NCBI GenBank assembly: GCA_051942245.1
Contig: JAVECL010000019.1
Coordinates: 1 to 64,000, forward strand
Reading direction: 5' to 3'
Source: Trypethelium eluteriae
Lineage: Eukaryota
Length of the DNA: 64,000 nt
Shown piece after piece: positions 24,147-38,100 of this stretch; within the stretch, counting starts at the first letter, position 1; the number at the start of each line of letters is the position of its first letter. A program made the position numbers and the translations under genes. Under the pieces are notes generated by a model. That model saw only the letters and a program-made list of their open reading frames with translations, searched no databases and was not told the origin of the DNA.

Positions 24147-24461
24147 CCCTACCAGATTGGCTTTCAGTATGTTAGACAGTCCAGAGGCAGTCTGTATGAC
24201 GAAACTGTCTGGAAAAGTTCCCAGATAACCTTCATATTTGCACAAGCCTCATGGGAGATCGTGCCAGGGCCATAGATGTCAGGGGGGCCTCCCTCCATTG
24301 ATCAGCTATATAACGGGCCAGAGCCTGTCGCTTCGACGCTTAGTGCTTAAGGCTTGAGTCGTCCGTATCCGGCGGTTCTTTGAGAAGACATGGGCTTCTA
24401 GGTACATAAGAATTTTGACAGAACGAGTTCCCACCTTGGACAATGCCCTGCATGAACCTTT

Positions 24462-25564
24462 TCAAGCATATGTTCCCTGAATCCTCATGTGCTGAAACTC
24501 GCCTGCAGTTACAAACTCCGAGGACACCTTTGCTCCGAGACCCGAGCCGTCCAGCAGAGGGCGCAGAACGGCTGTCCGATCAGGCTTTGCAAAATAAGCT
24601 ATTGAAAAGCGCTCTTCAACGACATCCCCCTTTCTTGCTTGTTCGTTACCTTGTGGTAATTCAGGTAGATGAACACGATGTCGTGCGCTACAGAGACCAG
24701 TCCATTTCTGCAGGCAATCTCCCGCATTCAGGATGCACTCGTACGGGCCTCCGCTCGCGATGCCGACGAAGCTCCCACTCCCGGGCGGTGATTCGACCTC
24801 AAGACCTCCTACGCGGTCTTGGAACAGGAGCGTGATGCTCCCAAAGTCGGTGTGCGCTGCAATCCGCGTCGAGGTAGAGAATGCCTCTTGCGGTACGGCT
24901 GGGTAGTGGGTTAAGCGTAGCTCATTGTGCTGAGCTGCGTGGAGCTGGCTTAGTGTCTGTGTTGGAAGGCCCAGCCCTATGGAAATAGCCTCGAGAATGA
25001 GCAGTTGTGTGCGGTAACATACTTCGAAGAATTCGACGAAGGTGGGCTCAAAAGTGTCACAGACCCCAGTAGGTGGCCAGATGTTGCTGTAGAGCTCGTC
25101 TCGTTCAGACCCAATGTCATATGACTCCTATCCGAAGAGTTTGGTAGCTGTGTCAGAGACCAGAAGTGGGGTTTGTAGCAGACCTTCATGTCTTTCAGAA
25201 GAGGAAGTTGGGATGACTTGTCCTCACGCCCATAGTTCGAGATGGTGGAGACATTCTCTAAACCTACCGCGCTGAAGCCTCGGTGTGGGTTTGCTGTAGG
25301 AGGATGAGGAGACTTTAATTTCTGGTTTAATGGTAGTTGGAAGAAATGCCGACTCTGGTCGATTCATTAGCGAATAGCACCTTTCGTCGGTTCACTTCGA
25401 CTTACCGTTGCAAATGCCTTGTCAATTGTCGAAGGCTCGATGCCGTGATTTACGAGTCTCACGAAGCCGCGTTGTCTGAGGCCTGACACGAGTTTGCGGC
25501 AAAATTGATCACGCTTTGCTACATTGCCGCTTTGATAATTCGCAAAGTCAAGTCGCTCAAACAT
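24462..25564 (-). CDS. 2-oxoglutarate/Fe(II)-dependent dioxygenase, IPNS/DIOX_N family (HtyE/GloF proline-hydroxylase-like)
   Basis: Three exons translated by hand without disruption: GFVRLVNHGI, HPPTANPHRGFS, KESYDIG...NIWP, ELRLTHYP, RIAAHTDFGSITLLFQD..GGLEV, HRV, RFSIAYF. HxD...H triad and RxS intact. The largest exon is absent from the ORF track. Confidence 0.92.
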
Positions 25565-26181
25565 CCCTTGAAAAATCGTCAAAATGCCGCGAAGCGCTCC
25601 CAAAGTCCAGGAAGTCAGACTCTCCACACCGAGATGCCATCATAAGTTCGGCGTGACTGCTCGTCTTATAGTCTCCTTCCTTCGTATCGGGATCCTCACC
25701 AATCTTGTCTCACTAAGGCAGGGGCCGTCTCGGTGATCCTTCAAAAAATTTTGGACTCTATCGCACGGTGCACTTTGCCAAGGGTCTTCGTTCCGTGGCT
25801 CTAAGTCCTACTCAGCGAGGCGGTGAAGCTCGGATGTCAGCCGGTGAGGCCAGTGCCTAAGCGTTCTCTTTGATATAATAAAAGTAGTTCTTGCGAGTCG
25901 GAGGCACGATCGGAATAGTAATCCATATCGTACTTGACCAGACTCGCGGTGGAATGACTGCCACTCAATGGCCCTCCAAGCGACTCACATTTTATTCTGA
26001 ATACAAATCATCTCGCGAGTTCGCCATGAGCTTTGCGATGCTCGGCTCACGAAATTACGTTACAAAAGTGCCAGGCTGGGTACAAAGAAATTTGTCCTCA
26101 GAATTTCTCTTTTTAGTGCGGACAAGTGCCAGGTCAGATCATGGCAGCACTAGACTACCCCCAGCAAGCTTCTACGTATTA

Positions 26182-29100
26182 CTAGTGCTCACACAAAATT
26201 GTTCGCAGTCGAAGTAAAAACTCTCGCACTGTCCCCTCGTCAATAAGTTTCCTGTTGCCTTCAAATTCTAGCTCCAGCTTCCCACTTCGCGGTGTAGCGT
26301 AAATCTCTGGGCGATTGCGCGGAAGTAGGTCTCTTTCATAGACGGATACATTGCTCTGCCATCCCGCAAACGTGAACTCTGTATCCTCTTCTTGCTGATA
26401 AGCAGTACGCCACCCAAAGTCTTGCACTTCCTTCGGCCACTCAGTGCAACTTTTGATGATTTCAACCATTCCCATGGCTTCATGAACCGAGTCTTGTATA
26501 AACTGGGGCTGTAACTGCATTGCGATGTCACTCATCGAATCACCCGCTTCTATGCGCAGTCTGACAGGGACTTCCGTTAGACAAGGGCCGACGACTTTTT
26601 GAAGCCGGGTTGGAAGCATTGAACGGCCCGTAACCAAGCGACCAAATACTACCTCATCTCGTTGAAATTGTTGCGACAGGGCCAGAGCACAAGCAGCATG
26701 GAAAACTGTCGCAGGAGAGACTCCATCGAACCATCGTACACTGGGCATTTCAATGGTTTCCTTCATTGTCAAGCGATCTCCTGTGTTATAAGCTTGACCT
26801 GTCGGGTCGCCGGTACTCGACTCCGGAAATGGGCAGCCGTTCAGCCTTGAAGCCCAATACTGCATGCTGTCATTTTTCTTGGTCTCATTGAAAGCGATCA
26901 CCTCACCAAAAGCAGGTGGTATTGGTAGACTCTCTTCACTGTAAATAGACGACAAACTTTTTAGGACGAGTCCAAAGCTGAACCCATCAAATTGAGCGTG
27001 AGATAGCCTGAAAATGAGCCTGTGCTTTCCGGAGTGATGCTTGATAGCCATGAAACGAATGAATGAATGGCCCAATTTTCGATCCCTTTTGAGATCTTCC
27101 TCGCAGATAGTATTCGTGAAGGAGGACGCGGTTCCGTCATCGACTTCGAAAAGGTCAAAGGTCGGCTTAAAATCCGCTATCAGTACTTGCAAAAAGCCGT
27201 AATCTGCTGGTATGAAGACTGTATGAAGGATGTCGAAGTATTTCACTAGTTCTTCACATGCCCGCTTAAGCCTCGCGAAGTCTATATCGCTAGACAGGTC
27301 AAGGATCCAGTGCGGAAATCTGTTAGGCGGATCTTGTAGCGCATCTAGGATCGCGCGTTCCTGGAAATCCGTCGTCGGAAAAACATTCTTGATACTTCCC
27401 ACGTCTTGATCAAGAAAAGGTTGCACAGATTCCTGCAGAAATATTTCTACATCACTCACTTTGAGTAACGAGAAAGGCGGCAATGCCTGTGAAGACTCCT
27501 TCTCTCCAGTGACTTCCGTCACTAGCTGTGCCAACTGAGAGAGACGAGGCGCTTTGAAGATATCAGCGACGGTTAGCAATAGCTGTTGGTCCCGTGCGGC
27601 TGCCACCAAACGCATAGCTGCAATAGACTCTCCTCCAATCCTCAGAAAGCTACTATCAGCACTAATGCTCGAAGCCTCGATCCCGAGGACCGCGGACCAC
27701 AAGATTTGTAACCGCTTCTCCATCATCGTGGATGGTGCGCGGCGCTCTTTACTTCGTGGTTGCAGTTCAGCAAGACGCTCCAGTGTCTTTGAACCTCCCA
27801 ACTCTCGCAAGGCTCGTCTGTCTGTTTTGTTGGTCGTCGTCATAGGAATTTTATCAATAGGAATGTATGCGCCTGGGACCATATACTGCGGTAAATGCTC
27901 CGAAAGGCTCTCCTCAAGGTCCTCCACAAGTCGCCCAAGCCTGGACCGGATATCTGAATTTGACCGATTTCCATTTCTCGCGAGACTTAAGAACACGGCA
28001 AGGATAGGGTGCTCGCTATTTTGTGGCATGATAATCTCTGCAGCCACGCCATCGCAATAGCTGGACTCCCTCAGACTTGCTCGGACATGGTGTTCAACTT
28101 CTTCCAATTCTATTCGCTGCCCTCGTAGCTTGATCAATGTGTCTTTGCGGCCGATGAATTGCAAGGACCCGTCTGTGTTGTATTTCAGGAGATCCCCTGT
28201 CTTGTAAAGCCTGCCATGTCGGCCTGGATGTCCTTCCAAGCCACGGGTGAGCCATGGCGGGTCATGAATGAATGCTGCTGCTGTTTTGGCCTCGTCGTCA
28301 AAATAACCCTGACTAACAGTTGGTCCTTCAATTAAGAGCTCTCCAATGGCGCCAATGGCAGCCAGATGATTTGGACGATCAGGCTGGACAAGCCATGTCA
28401 GAGCACCAAATGAATGGCCAACATGGTTGTTGGGTGTCCTGGGGCCAAGAGGGACTATTGAAAGAGCTTGCGCGCATTCTGCTGGGCCATAGATCCCAAT
28501 GATTGTCTCTGCTTGTGCCCAGCGTGCGACCTCGGCACTTTGGATCGGCTCGCCTCCCATCGCCAATGTTCTAATACCCGGCATGGCAGATGGGTCCAAT
28601 GACCGAGCAACTGAGGGTGTGAAGTACACGTAATCGGCGTTCATACGGTTGAGGGAACTAGGAATGTCATTTTTGCGCTCCCATTCCGATGGTATGCAAA
28701 GGCATCCGCCGCATATCAAAGTATTTAAGGTGTTGGACCAGGAAACGTCAAAATTGTATGAGACGAAGTCGAAAACGCGAGTTCCCCGTTTGACATGTAG
28801 GGCTTTTGCCTGATGCATTGCTGCGGATGAGAAGTTTTCATGCGTCGTTACAACACCCTTAGGAGTGCCCGTCGATCCAGAGGTGAAGACGATATACAAG
28901 ATATCTAATGGCGAAACTTTGGGTAACTGAATCTTGATCGGGCTTTGGCAAGGTTGCAACGGGAGAGTTGTCTTATCGGCCACGACGACATAGGAATTGG
29001 ATATCCGTGTTGCTAGTGTTTCGTTGGCGACAGAAGAGATAATTAGCCTTGGATTGACTTGTTTGACTATAGAACGTAGGCGTGCTTCTGGCTGGGTTGA

Positions 29101-32100
29101 GTCCATTGCTAGACAAGCCGCACCCGATTTCATTGTTGCTAATGCAGCTACTGGCATCCACAGTGACTTTTCGAAGCACAAGGGGATAACAGTCCCGGGG
29201 CCGGCACCAAGAGTAGCCAGTTGAGAAGCTAAGCGGTCAGAAAGATCATCCAGTTCTGCATATGATAGATTTCCGTCCCACGAGCATATGGCCGGCGCCT
29301 GAGGTTGTTGCAATACGGTGTCCCTGATCGAATCGTGCACGCATGCTTGGGTAGGTCTCGGAACAGAAGAATTCCAGCCCCAAAGTTCTGTAATGTCCTG
29401 CGTGCTAACCGTCTCAATGTCTTCAACCAAGTGAGTCGAAGACATACATACTTGACGGAGAACTTGTTCAAACTGGGAGGCAATGCGTTCCATTTGCACT
29501 ACATCAACAACCTTCGAATCAAAGCTTATCTCTATTGATAGATCACTTGTATGTCTGAGCTGGCACATTATCATTACCGCGTGGGGATTGAAGGTATCGA
29601 GTCCATCGGTGGAAACTTTTAGTTCGGAATGGGTCCGGAATGGTCCACCGCTGTGATTCACGTGCGCACCATCTCCGGCTGGCTGAACGACAAGAAGAGT
29701 ATTGAAATGACCGCTTGTTTTGGTATTCGTATCGGTGCGGCAAGCATCAAGCAATACCGTGTGCTCATAAGGGATCATGTCAATGGACTGTTTCTGTAAG
29801 TTCTCCAGAAGGTCGTTGACGGTCATTTTTGGGTTGAACTTTACTCGCACGGGAAGTGCACTTATGAGAGGCGCGATCATGCGCTCAATGCCCGCTATTG
29901 GCGCCTGCCGTCCCGTTACCAGCGCCCCGAAGACTACATCTTTGGAATCGGTATAGCATGCGGACAAGATCGACCAAGCTGTTCTTATTACGGTTGACGC
30001 TGTGACGTCTCGATCGGGCCATCGCATATCATTTATATTGCGCTTCACCGTACTGTCGGCCTTTGGTTGATAATCCTGATAAGGTAGCATCGGAAAAGGA
30101 ACAGCCTCAGAGTCTGAGAATTGATGGCGCCAGAACTCTCTGGCATTTTCCTTATCAGTTCTTACGATATGCTTCAAAAAGGCCTGGAAAGGTGCCACGG
30201 GGTATTTATTGATCTCGCCCATGTAGGAATTCGAGACTTCTTCAAGAAGCAAATCTAAAGAATGCCCATCATATATTGCGTGATGTTGAGTAAGAACACA
30301 GTAGCGTCGTCCAGTTTCTGATTGTTCAACAATCGCTAGTCGAGTAAGACGGGAGGAGAGACCCATTGGTCTTCTTTGATCGTATTCGAGATACGCCTGC
30401 AGGCTTGGGCTGGTTTGCCATTCTAATTGTTCGCCCAGCTGTACCTGTATCAACCCTTCGATGGGAATATCAACTATCCTAGAGCGAAGAATCGGCGCAG
30501 TCGATCGGCTGATGTCTTCCCATGCTTGCTTCAGGCGATCAATGTCGAGCTCGTCTCGTAGCTCCAAGAGAAGTCTTGCAATATAATCCCCAGGCCGTTT
30601 CACTGTCACTGAAAGAAGTGATTTTTGGACATCAGTACAAGGGAATGCGTCTTCAATGTCTGATGCCTGTGTACCGCATAGCCTAGATATATGTGCAATA
30701 CTCTTGTCCTTGATATTTGCCATCCGTAATAACGAGAACGGCTCCACCGTTTCTTCCTCCACCAAAGTGTCGGAGGGTCGAGATCGGGATGTGATTGCTT
30801 TTGCCATTTCGGAAAGTCGCGGCGAACGCAGAATATGTTGAACTGTTAGGTCAATACTTTGACTACGAGCTAGAGCAGCTAACCGCATGGCAGCGATGGA
30901 ATCACCACCCAAGCGTAGAAAACCGCTGTTGGCGCCGATGGTTTCGATAGGAAGACCTAGCACTACTGCCCATAACTGTCGCAGGCAGTGTTCTGCATCT
31001 GTGGACACTGGCACCTCTGCCGCAGCTTCAGTTGCACCAGCCAGTTGTTCAATTGTCAGATCTGCGCCTATTTGCCGTAGGTGTCTTCTGTCGATTTTTC
31101 CACTCGCGGTTAATGGGACAGCTTCAATCGGTATATAAGCACTCGGCACCATGGATAAAGGAAGTCTTTCTGGCAAGGCAATTTGAAGATGGTTCACAAG
31201 CTCGTCCAACTGAGTAGTCGACTGTGACTCATGCTGTATAAAGACAACAAGGGTATCCTTCTCCGTCGCTTTTGGGACAACAATGTCGGCGATCATAGTT
31301 GGCACTGAGTGCGTACGTCCTAGGCATTGTTGAACATGGTGCTCTACTTCGGAAAGTTCGACCCTCTGCCCTCGAAGCTTGGTCTGTCTGTCTTTTCTTC
31401 CGAGGAAGAGCAATGTGCCATCGGCCGGATTGTATTTTACGAGGTCGCCCGTCCTGTACACACGGCCGCCCCTTCCAGGAAGTGCACCATCAGGAGAGCC
31501 TTCCATCAGCCAGGTTGGGTTCTCTAGGAAAGCTGACTCTGTCTTTTCTTCGTCATGTAGATACCCTGCACCCACAAGCGGTCCCTCTAAACAAAGCTCT
31601 CCGATGGTACCTATAGGGCATAATCGCGTATTTGACAGTGGGTCTATTACCCAAGCTAAGACTCCTACTCCAGTGCCTATGGACAGCTGACGGGGTAATG
31701 TGCTTGGAACGCTCCAATACGTCGCCATTGCGGAGCACTCCGTTGGCCCGTATACTACAGCGACATTGGCAGATGAGACCCAGGGAGCAAGGTCATCTGT
31801 TTTCACTTCTTCACCACCAAGGTAGACACTCCGAAGCGTTGGTATTTTGGTAGGGTCAATGAGTCGCGCAGTAGCGGGCGTCAGAAAAATGCTGGTGGTC
31901 CGAAATCTTCGAATGCTGTCAGTTAAGTTATTTTTCCGCTCTTCTTCACTGGGAATGCACAAGGTCCCGCCGGCACAAAGAACATGTAAAGCACTCCAGT
32001 GGGCTGCATCAAACGCGTAAGATGAGAAGTCGTACATGCGCGAACTTCTATCCAATTGGAGAACGTCGCGCTGATGTGATACGGCACTGCTGAAGTTCCG

Positions 32101-35100
32101 ATGTTGTAACAAGCAGCCCTTAGGAGACCCTGTGCTTCCAGAAGTGAAAATAGCGAACAAGAGATCGGCAGATCCGACATTGGGTAGGGGGTCTTCACGC
32201 TTGTCAGTAACTGCAGCGTTGCAGCTACGCAAGAGGTCCGTCTCTGCACCTAACAGCAAGACATTTGCGACCAGTCTTGAGGACAATCGTTTATTGGAGG
32301 GAGAAGATAGGATAATTCGGGGCTCGACTTGGTCCAATGTGGCCCCAAGACGGGATATCGGAAGAGTCGGATCCAGAAAGAGCCCGGCGCCACCAGCTTT
32401 CATTACGCTCAGAAAAGCGACAGGCATCCAGAGTGATTTTTCAAAACATAGCGGAACGATCATGTTCCGATCAACACCATATCCGATCAACCGATGAGCA
32501 ATGGCACTTGAAAATTCATCTAGTTGGCTGTAAGTGAGTTCACCATCCCAGGCAGAGATCGCCACTGCATCGGGATGAGCTTGAGCAATATTGGTGATCA
32601 TGTCATGCGCACAAACTTCAATACTTTTAGGCAATCTGGCATTCCACTTCCACACTTGATCGAGGTCCTGGTGTGTCATCATGTTGACGTCGCGAAGGCA
32701 TACTGTGTCAAGGTCCCGAGAACAGAGGTTCCTCAACAGCTGCTCGAAATGCTGCACCAAATTCTGTATGGTAGCTTGGCCGATCACCTTAGAGTCGAAG
32801 CTAAGCTCTAACTTCAATTGTCCCGCTTGAACTGTGCACACAGCCAGCAGCGCATATGTGTTAAAGGCATGAAAGCGGTGTTCTTCCTTGTGGCGCTTAC
32901 TTGGGCCAACCTCAGAAACAAATAATCCACTGTCCATCATGTCTGGTTGCTCCGGCTGCACGACCAACATTGTCTGGAACTGGCACGCAGTTTTCGCTTC
33001 CTCACTGCATCGACTTATCTTCGACAGCCCTGTTTGCTCGTATGGAATCATCTTGGTCGCCTGGTCCTGTAGAGCTTGTAGAAACTGAACGATGTTTCTT
33101 CCATTGTCAATTTTGACTCGGATTGGCAGAGCAGATATAGTCGGACCAGCGATTCGTTCGATCCCTACAGTGGGAGCCTTACGGCCCGAGACAATTGTTC
33201 CAAATACTGTATCCGAGAGATTTGTGTACCGTGAACATAGTATGGCCCAGGCCCCCCGAACTACTGTTGAGGGTGTAGAGTCGTCCGTTCGCCACGTTAT
33301 CCCGTCTACCATATGAGTATAGGACGAGTCTGCTTTCGGTTTGAACGAGCTAGAGGGCAAAGCTGGGAATTGAGTTGTTTCCAAGCCATCGAACTGAGCT
33401 TTCCAAAATTCGCCTTCTGCATCCCAATGTTGACTGCTGACATATTCAATGAATGATCGGAAAGGGAAGAGGCGGAGAGGTGTTTCACCGTTGTAATAAC
33501 GTTCCAGCACCTCAAATATAATGGGTGTAGTAAGTCCATCGTAAATCGAATGATGCAGCGTCAATGCAAAAACATGGGAGCGTTCGCCTCCAGGTCCACT
33601 TTCGGGGTCTCGGAAAAGGCCGCACCTCATGAGAGGAGACCCAAGTACCATCGGAAGCTCCTCTTGTTTGCTCAGATAATCTTCAATACTTTCAGCTTCC
33701 ATCCAACATGAGGTGTGTCGAATGACTGCTTGGACTAGGCCTTGAGCAGGTAGGTCAATGATGCGGGTTCGCAGGATTGGGATGACCGAAACAACTTTTT
33801 CCCAAGCCTCTTTCAGTCGTCTAACGTCCACGGTGGAAGCCAGTTTTAGCATGTTGTAACCGACATAATCGTCCTTCCGCGTCCCAGTCAAGGCTAATAG
33901 GCCCTCTTGTAGCGGTGTACAAGGATATAGGTCTTCGATAGTATCCTTCTCGACGTTGCAAAGGGATGCTGCATGCTGACGTGCTTGATCGACGTTGACT
34001 TTCGGATTGAGGAGTAAGAAAGATTTAGACGACTCCTCATCTACCTCATCTTGATTCCTTAGTAATTTCGCCATATTCTTGAGTTTTGGGAATTGAAAAA
34101 TATCGGCCACCTTCAGCGACAGGCCTTGCTGCCGAGCTGCGCCCACCAAACGCATGGCCTGAATTGAGTCACCCAGTCGGAGAAAGCTATCACTCGTTGA
34201 GATTTTCTCGGCGTCCACTCGAAGGATACAAGACCACAGTTCCCGTAATGTTCTCTCAGCCGTAGTCGCAGGCTCTCGTTTCCCATCGGTCCCCTGTTGC
34301 TGCGGTTGAAATGAAGCTCCAATCTCTCGGAGGCGGATTCGGTCCTTCTTGCCTGTCGAGGTCATCGGAATGCTGGCAACTGGTATGTAGTAGGAAGGAA
34401 TAGCAAATGCAGGTAAAGACGCCTTGAGTCCCTCATTCATCCGAGCTGTCAGACTTTCGAACTCATCTTGTGACGCCGTTTCCGCCTCGGCAAAACTAAT
34501 GAAAGCCACGAGACATGCGTTGTTGCCATCCTTGGGGACTATGAGTTCAGCCACCACATCAATGTTCGCTCTTCTCAAGAGGCGCCGTACATGAAACTCC
34601 ACTTCCTCAGGCGCAACAAGCTGGCCTCGAACCTTGAATAATGCGTCTTTCCTCCCCAAGAAGATGAGTCTGCCACTTGAATCGTATCTGGCTAGGTCGC
34701 CGGTGCGATAAATCTGGCCGTGCCTGCCGGGAGATCCTTCGCGTCGTCCGCACAAGAGAAAATCCGGATCTTTGCAGAAAGAGCGATTGCTTAATTCTGG
34801 ATTGCCTTAATATTTTTCAGCGCATGCCGGCCCTTCGAGTGCGATTTCGCCTATCGCACCAAATGGAACAAGCTTGTTATGGTTTTTAGGATTGACAAGC
34901 CAGCAAAAAGTTGACGGACTGGAGTTAGATCGTCCAATCATACCGTTATGCCACCCTTCTTCGTCAGCAGCGCAGAATGCCGCTGCAGAACATTCACATG
35001 GGCCATACCAGTTGAGGATGCGACTTCTGCCTCTCCACCGGTCGACTTCCTCTTGCACGAGGTTCTCCCCACCCAAAAAAAGCGTGGACAGGCTAGGAAC

Positions 35101-38100
35101 TTCCTGAGGGCTGAGAAGTTTTGCAGTTGACGGGGTAAGACATGCAAGATTGCAGTCAAAACGGTTGATGGCGGCCGTCACCCCGTCCAATCTCTCAGAC
35201 TCGGACGGAATACACAGACAAGCGCTGTTTGCAAGCGTAGACATCGTCTCAATAGTACAGGCATCGAAGTCGTGTGATGTAAACTGAAAGGTCCTTGATG
35301 ATGTACTCAGCGCAGCAACTTCTTTGTGTGCGTTCATATTAGCTGCAAGAGTTCCATGAGTCCATAAAATCCTTTTCGGTTCGCCTGTGCTACCAGATGA
35401 GACCAATATCGCGGCTGGTTCATTTATAGACATTTCTGGCAGGCTCGTGCGAATGCTATCCTCAATCGGCATTTCCATGAGCTGACTTATCGTGAAGCAA
35501 CGAATGTATTTGGTCACAATCTTCGAACGCATCTCTGAGGCTACTGCGAGGTGAGGACCAACGCTGCTGAAGATGCTACTCATTCGGCGCTCTGGCATAT
35601 GCACTGACTGTAATAAGCATACGCCTCCTGCTTTGAGCACCGCCAGCTGTGCAATGGGGGTCCATTTTGACTTTTCCAGGCACAAAGCGATGATCGAACC
35701 TCGCGTCACACCCAGGCTAATCAAATTCTGACAGAAGATATCAGAAAGCTCGTCAACCTCTCGATACGAGAATTTCCCATCCCAGGCATCTACTGCTATC
35801 GATCCCGGAGTTTTCCTGGCTGCGGAGTTAACTTGGTCTTGCGCACACATCTGAGGAGCCTGACAAGGCTTTGCATTCTCGCTCCAGAAAAAGTCGAGGT
35901 CAATGTCGCTGGCAGTGTAAATATCGCCAAGCTTCCTGCTCTCAGCATCTGCTATGCACATCTGATGAAGAACAGTCTCGAATTGGTGCGCTATTCGTTG
36001 AATCTGCCTACTTTGGATAAGCCTGTTGTCAAAACTGATGTGCAGCTGCAGGCCTGAAGTCTTTAGCTCACATATCAGCATCAAAGCATATGTGTTGAAA
36101 GGATCAGTGCCTCGCGTATCAATATTCGAGGAGAAACTTCGGGCCTTAAATAGTAAGCTATCCTCTTGTAAGCTTTTGCCTTGAGCCACCGGTTGTACGA
36201 CGAGTAACGTCTGGAAAAGGCCACTTCCCGGGTCACCGATAGCACGTTGAATTTTCGACAAACCGTAGTGTTCATATGGTATCATGCTCACCGATTGATG
36301 CTGAATACGTTCCTGAAAATTTCTGATTGTCTCGTCCCAATCGATTGAGATGGCCACGGGCACCGTAGATATGGTAGGACCGACGCAGTCCTCGATACCT
36401 TTCATGTCTGCTTGTCGCCCGCTGACAGTGGCACCGAATATAACATCGTCAGAATCTGTGTATTGAGCAGAAAGAACGGCCCAAGTGGAGCGTATGATTG
36501 TCGACGGTGTCATCCCAGAATGCGGCCAATCTAATGATATACCGTGCGACAGATCTTCATTCGCTTGTGGATCATAAGTTGGAGAGGGAACGGCTGGAAA
36601 CTGCCTAAATTCCAAGTTTGGAATTTGTTGCTTCCAGAACTTTGATGCCGCTTCGGGGTCAACATTCGTTGAATACTGAATAAAATTCTGGAAAGGCGTG
36701 ACATCCATGCCTCCTTGTTCGAGGTACTTCGACTCCAACTCATCCAACATCATCCTCAACGAGCTTCCGTCGTAAATGCAGTGATGAATTGTCAGGATGA
36801 ACCTATTGTCGATAATAGCAGCACGGCAAAGATCCGTACCTAGTCCCATCTCCTCGCGCTCATCCTCTTTCAAATACGCGTCTACGTTGTCGCCAGTCCG
36901 CCATGAAACATTGACGAGAATGACCTGGAACAATCCCAGACCAGAGTAGTCAATGATTCGAGTTCTCAGGATGGCCAGTTTCTCGGTCGTAGCTCGCCAT
37001 GCCTTTTCTAGCCGTTCAGGATCCACACCAGTCTGAAGCTCGAGGACACTTCGTGATACATATTGGCCCGGCCTCCTCACAGTCATTGCGAGGAGACCTT
37101 CTTGAAGAGCCGTGCAAGGATACATGTCGATAACGTGAGAATGTGGAACCTGGCAAACTTCGGCTGCATACAATCGAGCTTCAGTATGAGCAATGTCCAG
37201 GTCGAGAAGTATGAAAGGAGGCACTCCTTGCTGGGGAGAGTTGACGTCTTGCTTAACTACTTCAGCCAATTTATCTAGTTGTGGGGTCTGGAATACTTGC
37301 GCCACGGTCAGCGAAAGCCCTTGGGCATAGGCTGACGCAACAAGACGCATCGCGCTGATTGAGTCGCCTCCTAGGCGCAGGAAGTTGTCGCCAGCATGTA
37401 TAGTATCTCTCTCGATCCCGATTATTTCTGCCCAAAGGTTTTGTAATACTTTCTCCATGTAAGTGGAGGGTTTTCTCAGCTCACGACGAGATGGTTGTAT
37501 CTTTGCCAGCTGGTCAAGCGTCAGCGAGCTTCCAATCTGCCGTAGGCGCTGCCTGTCAACTTTTCCGGTGTAACCTGTTGGGATTTTTAGAATCGGAATA
37601 TAGAGCTTGGGAATCATGTACGGTGGTAAGACATCGGAAAGGCTTCTTTCAAGATCGTCCACCGGGAATATTCGTTTCATAAAGTGATCAAGTTCCTTTG
37701 CAGAGCCAGCTAAAACAGCAGGGGGGCTGACGAAGAGAGTTAAAACTTCATTTTCGCTTTTCTGCGGCCGGAAGATCTCTGCTACTATTGTTGTGTCGGT
37801 TGTCTTCGATAAGAAGCAGTGAACTTGGTGCTCAATTTCGCTCAGTTCGACTCTCTGCCCACGTAATTTTCTTTGGAAGTCATCACTACGTCCAATGAAA
37901 ATTATACTACCTTTAGAATCGTACTTCACAAGATCCCCAGTTTTATATATTGGCCTATTTCGTCCTGATATCACATCGCGACCGTGATGAAGCCAGCGTG
38001 GGAAGATAAAAGGGTTTTCCGGTGATGTCTGGCTGTCGCCACCAATATAACCATTTGCAAGAATTGGACCCTCAATGCAGAGTTCTGCAATCGTACCAAT

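Noticed and set aside
24462..25360. Dioxygenase as a truncated pseudogene (only 86 aa in the ORF track)
   Set aside because: Manual splicing gives an uninterrupted three-exon frame with all catalytic residues.
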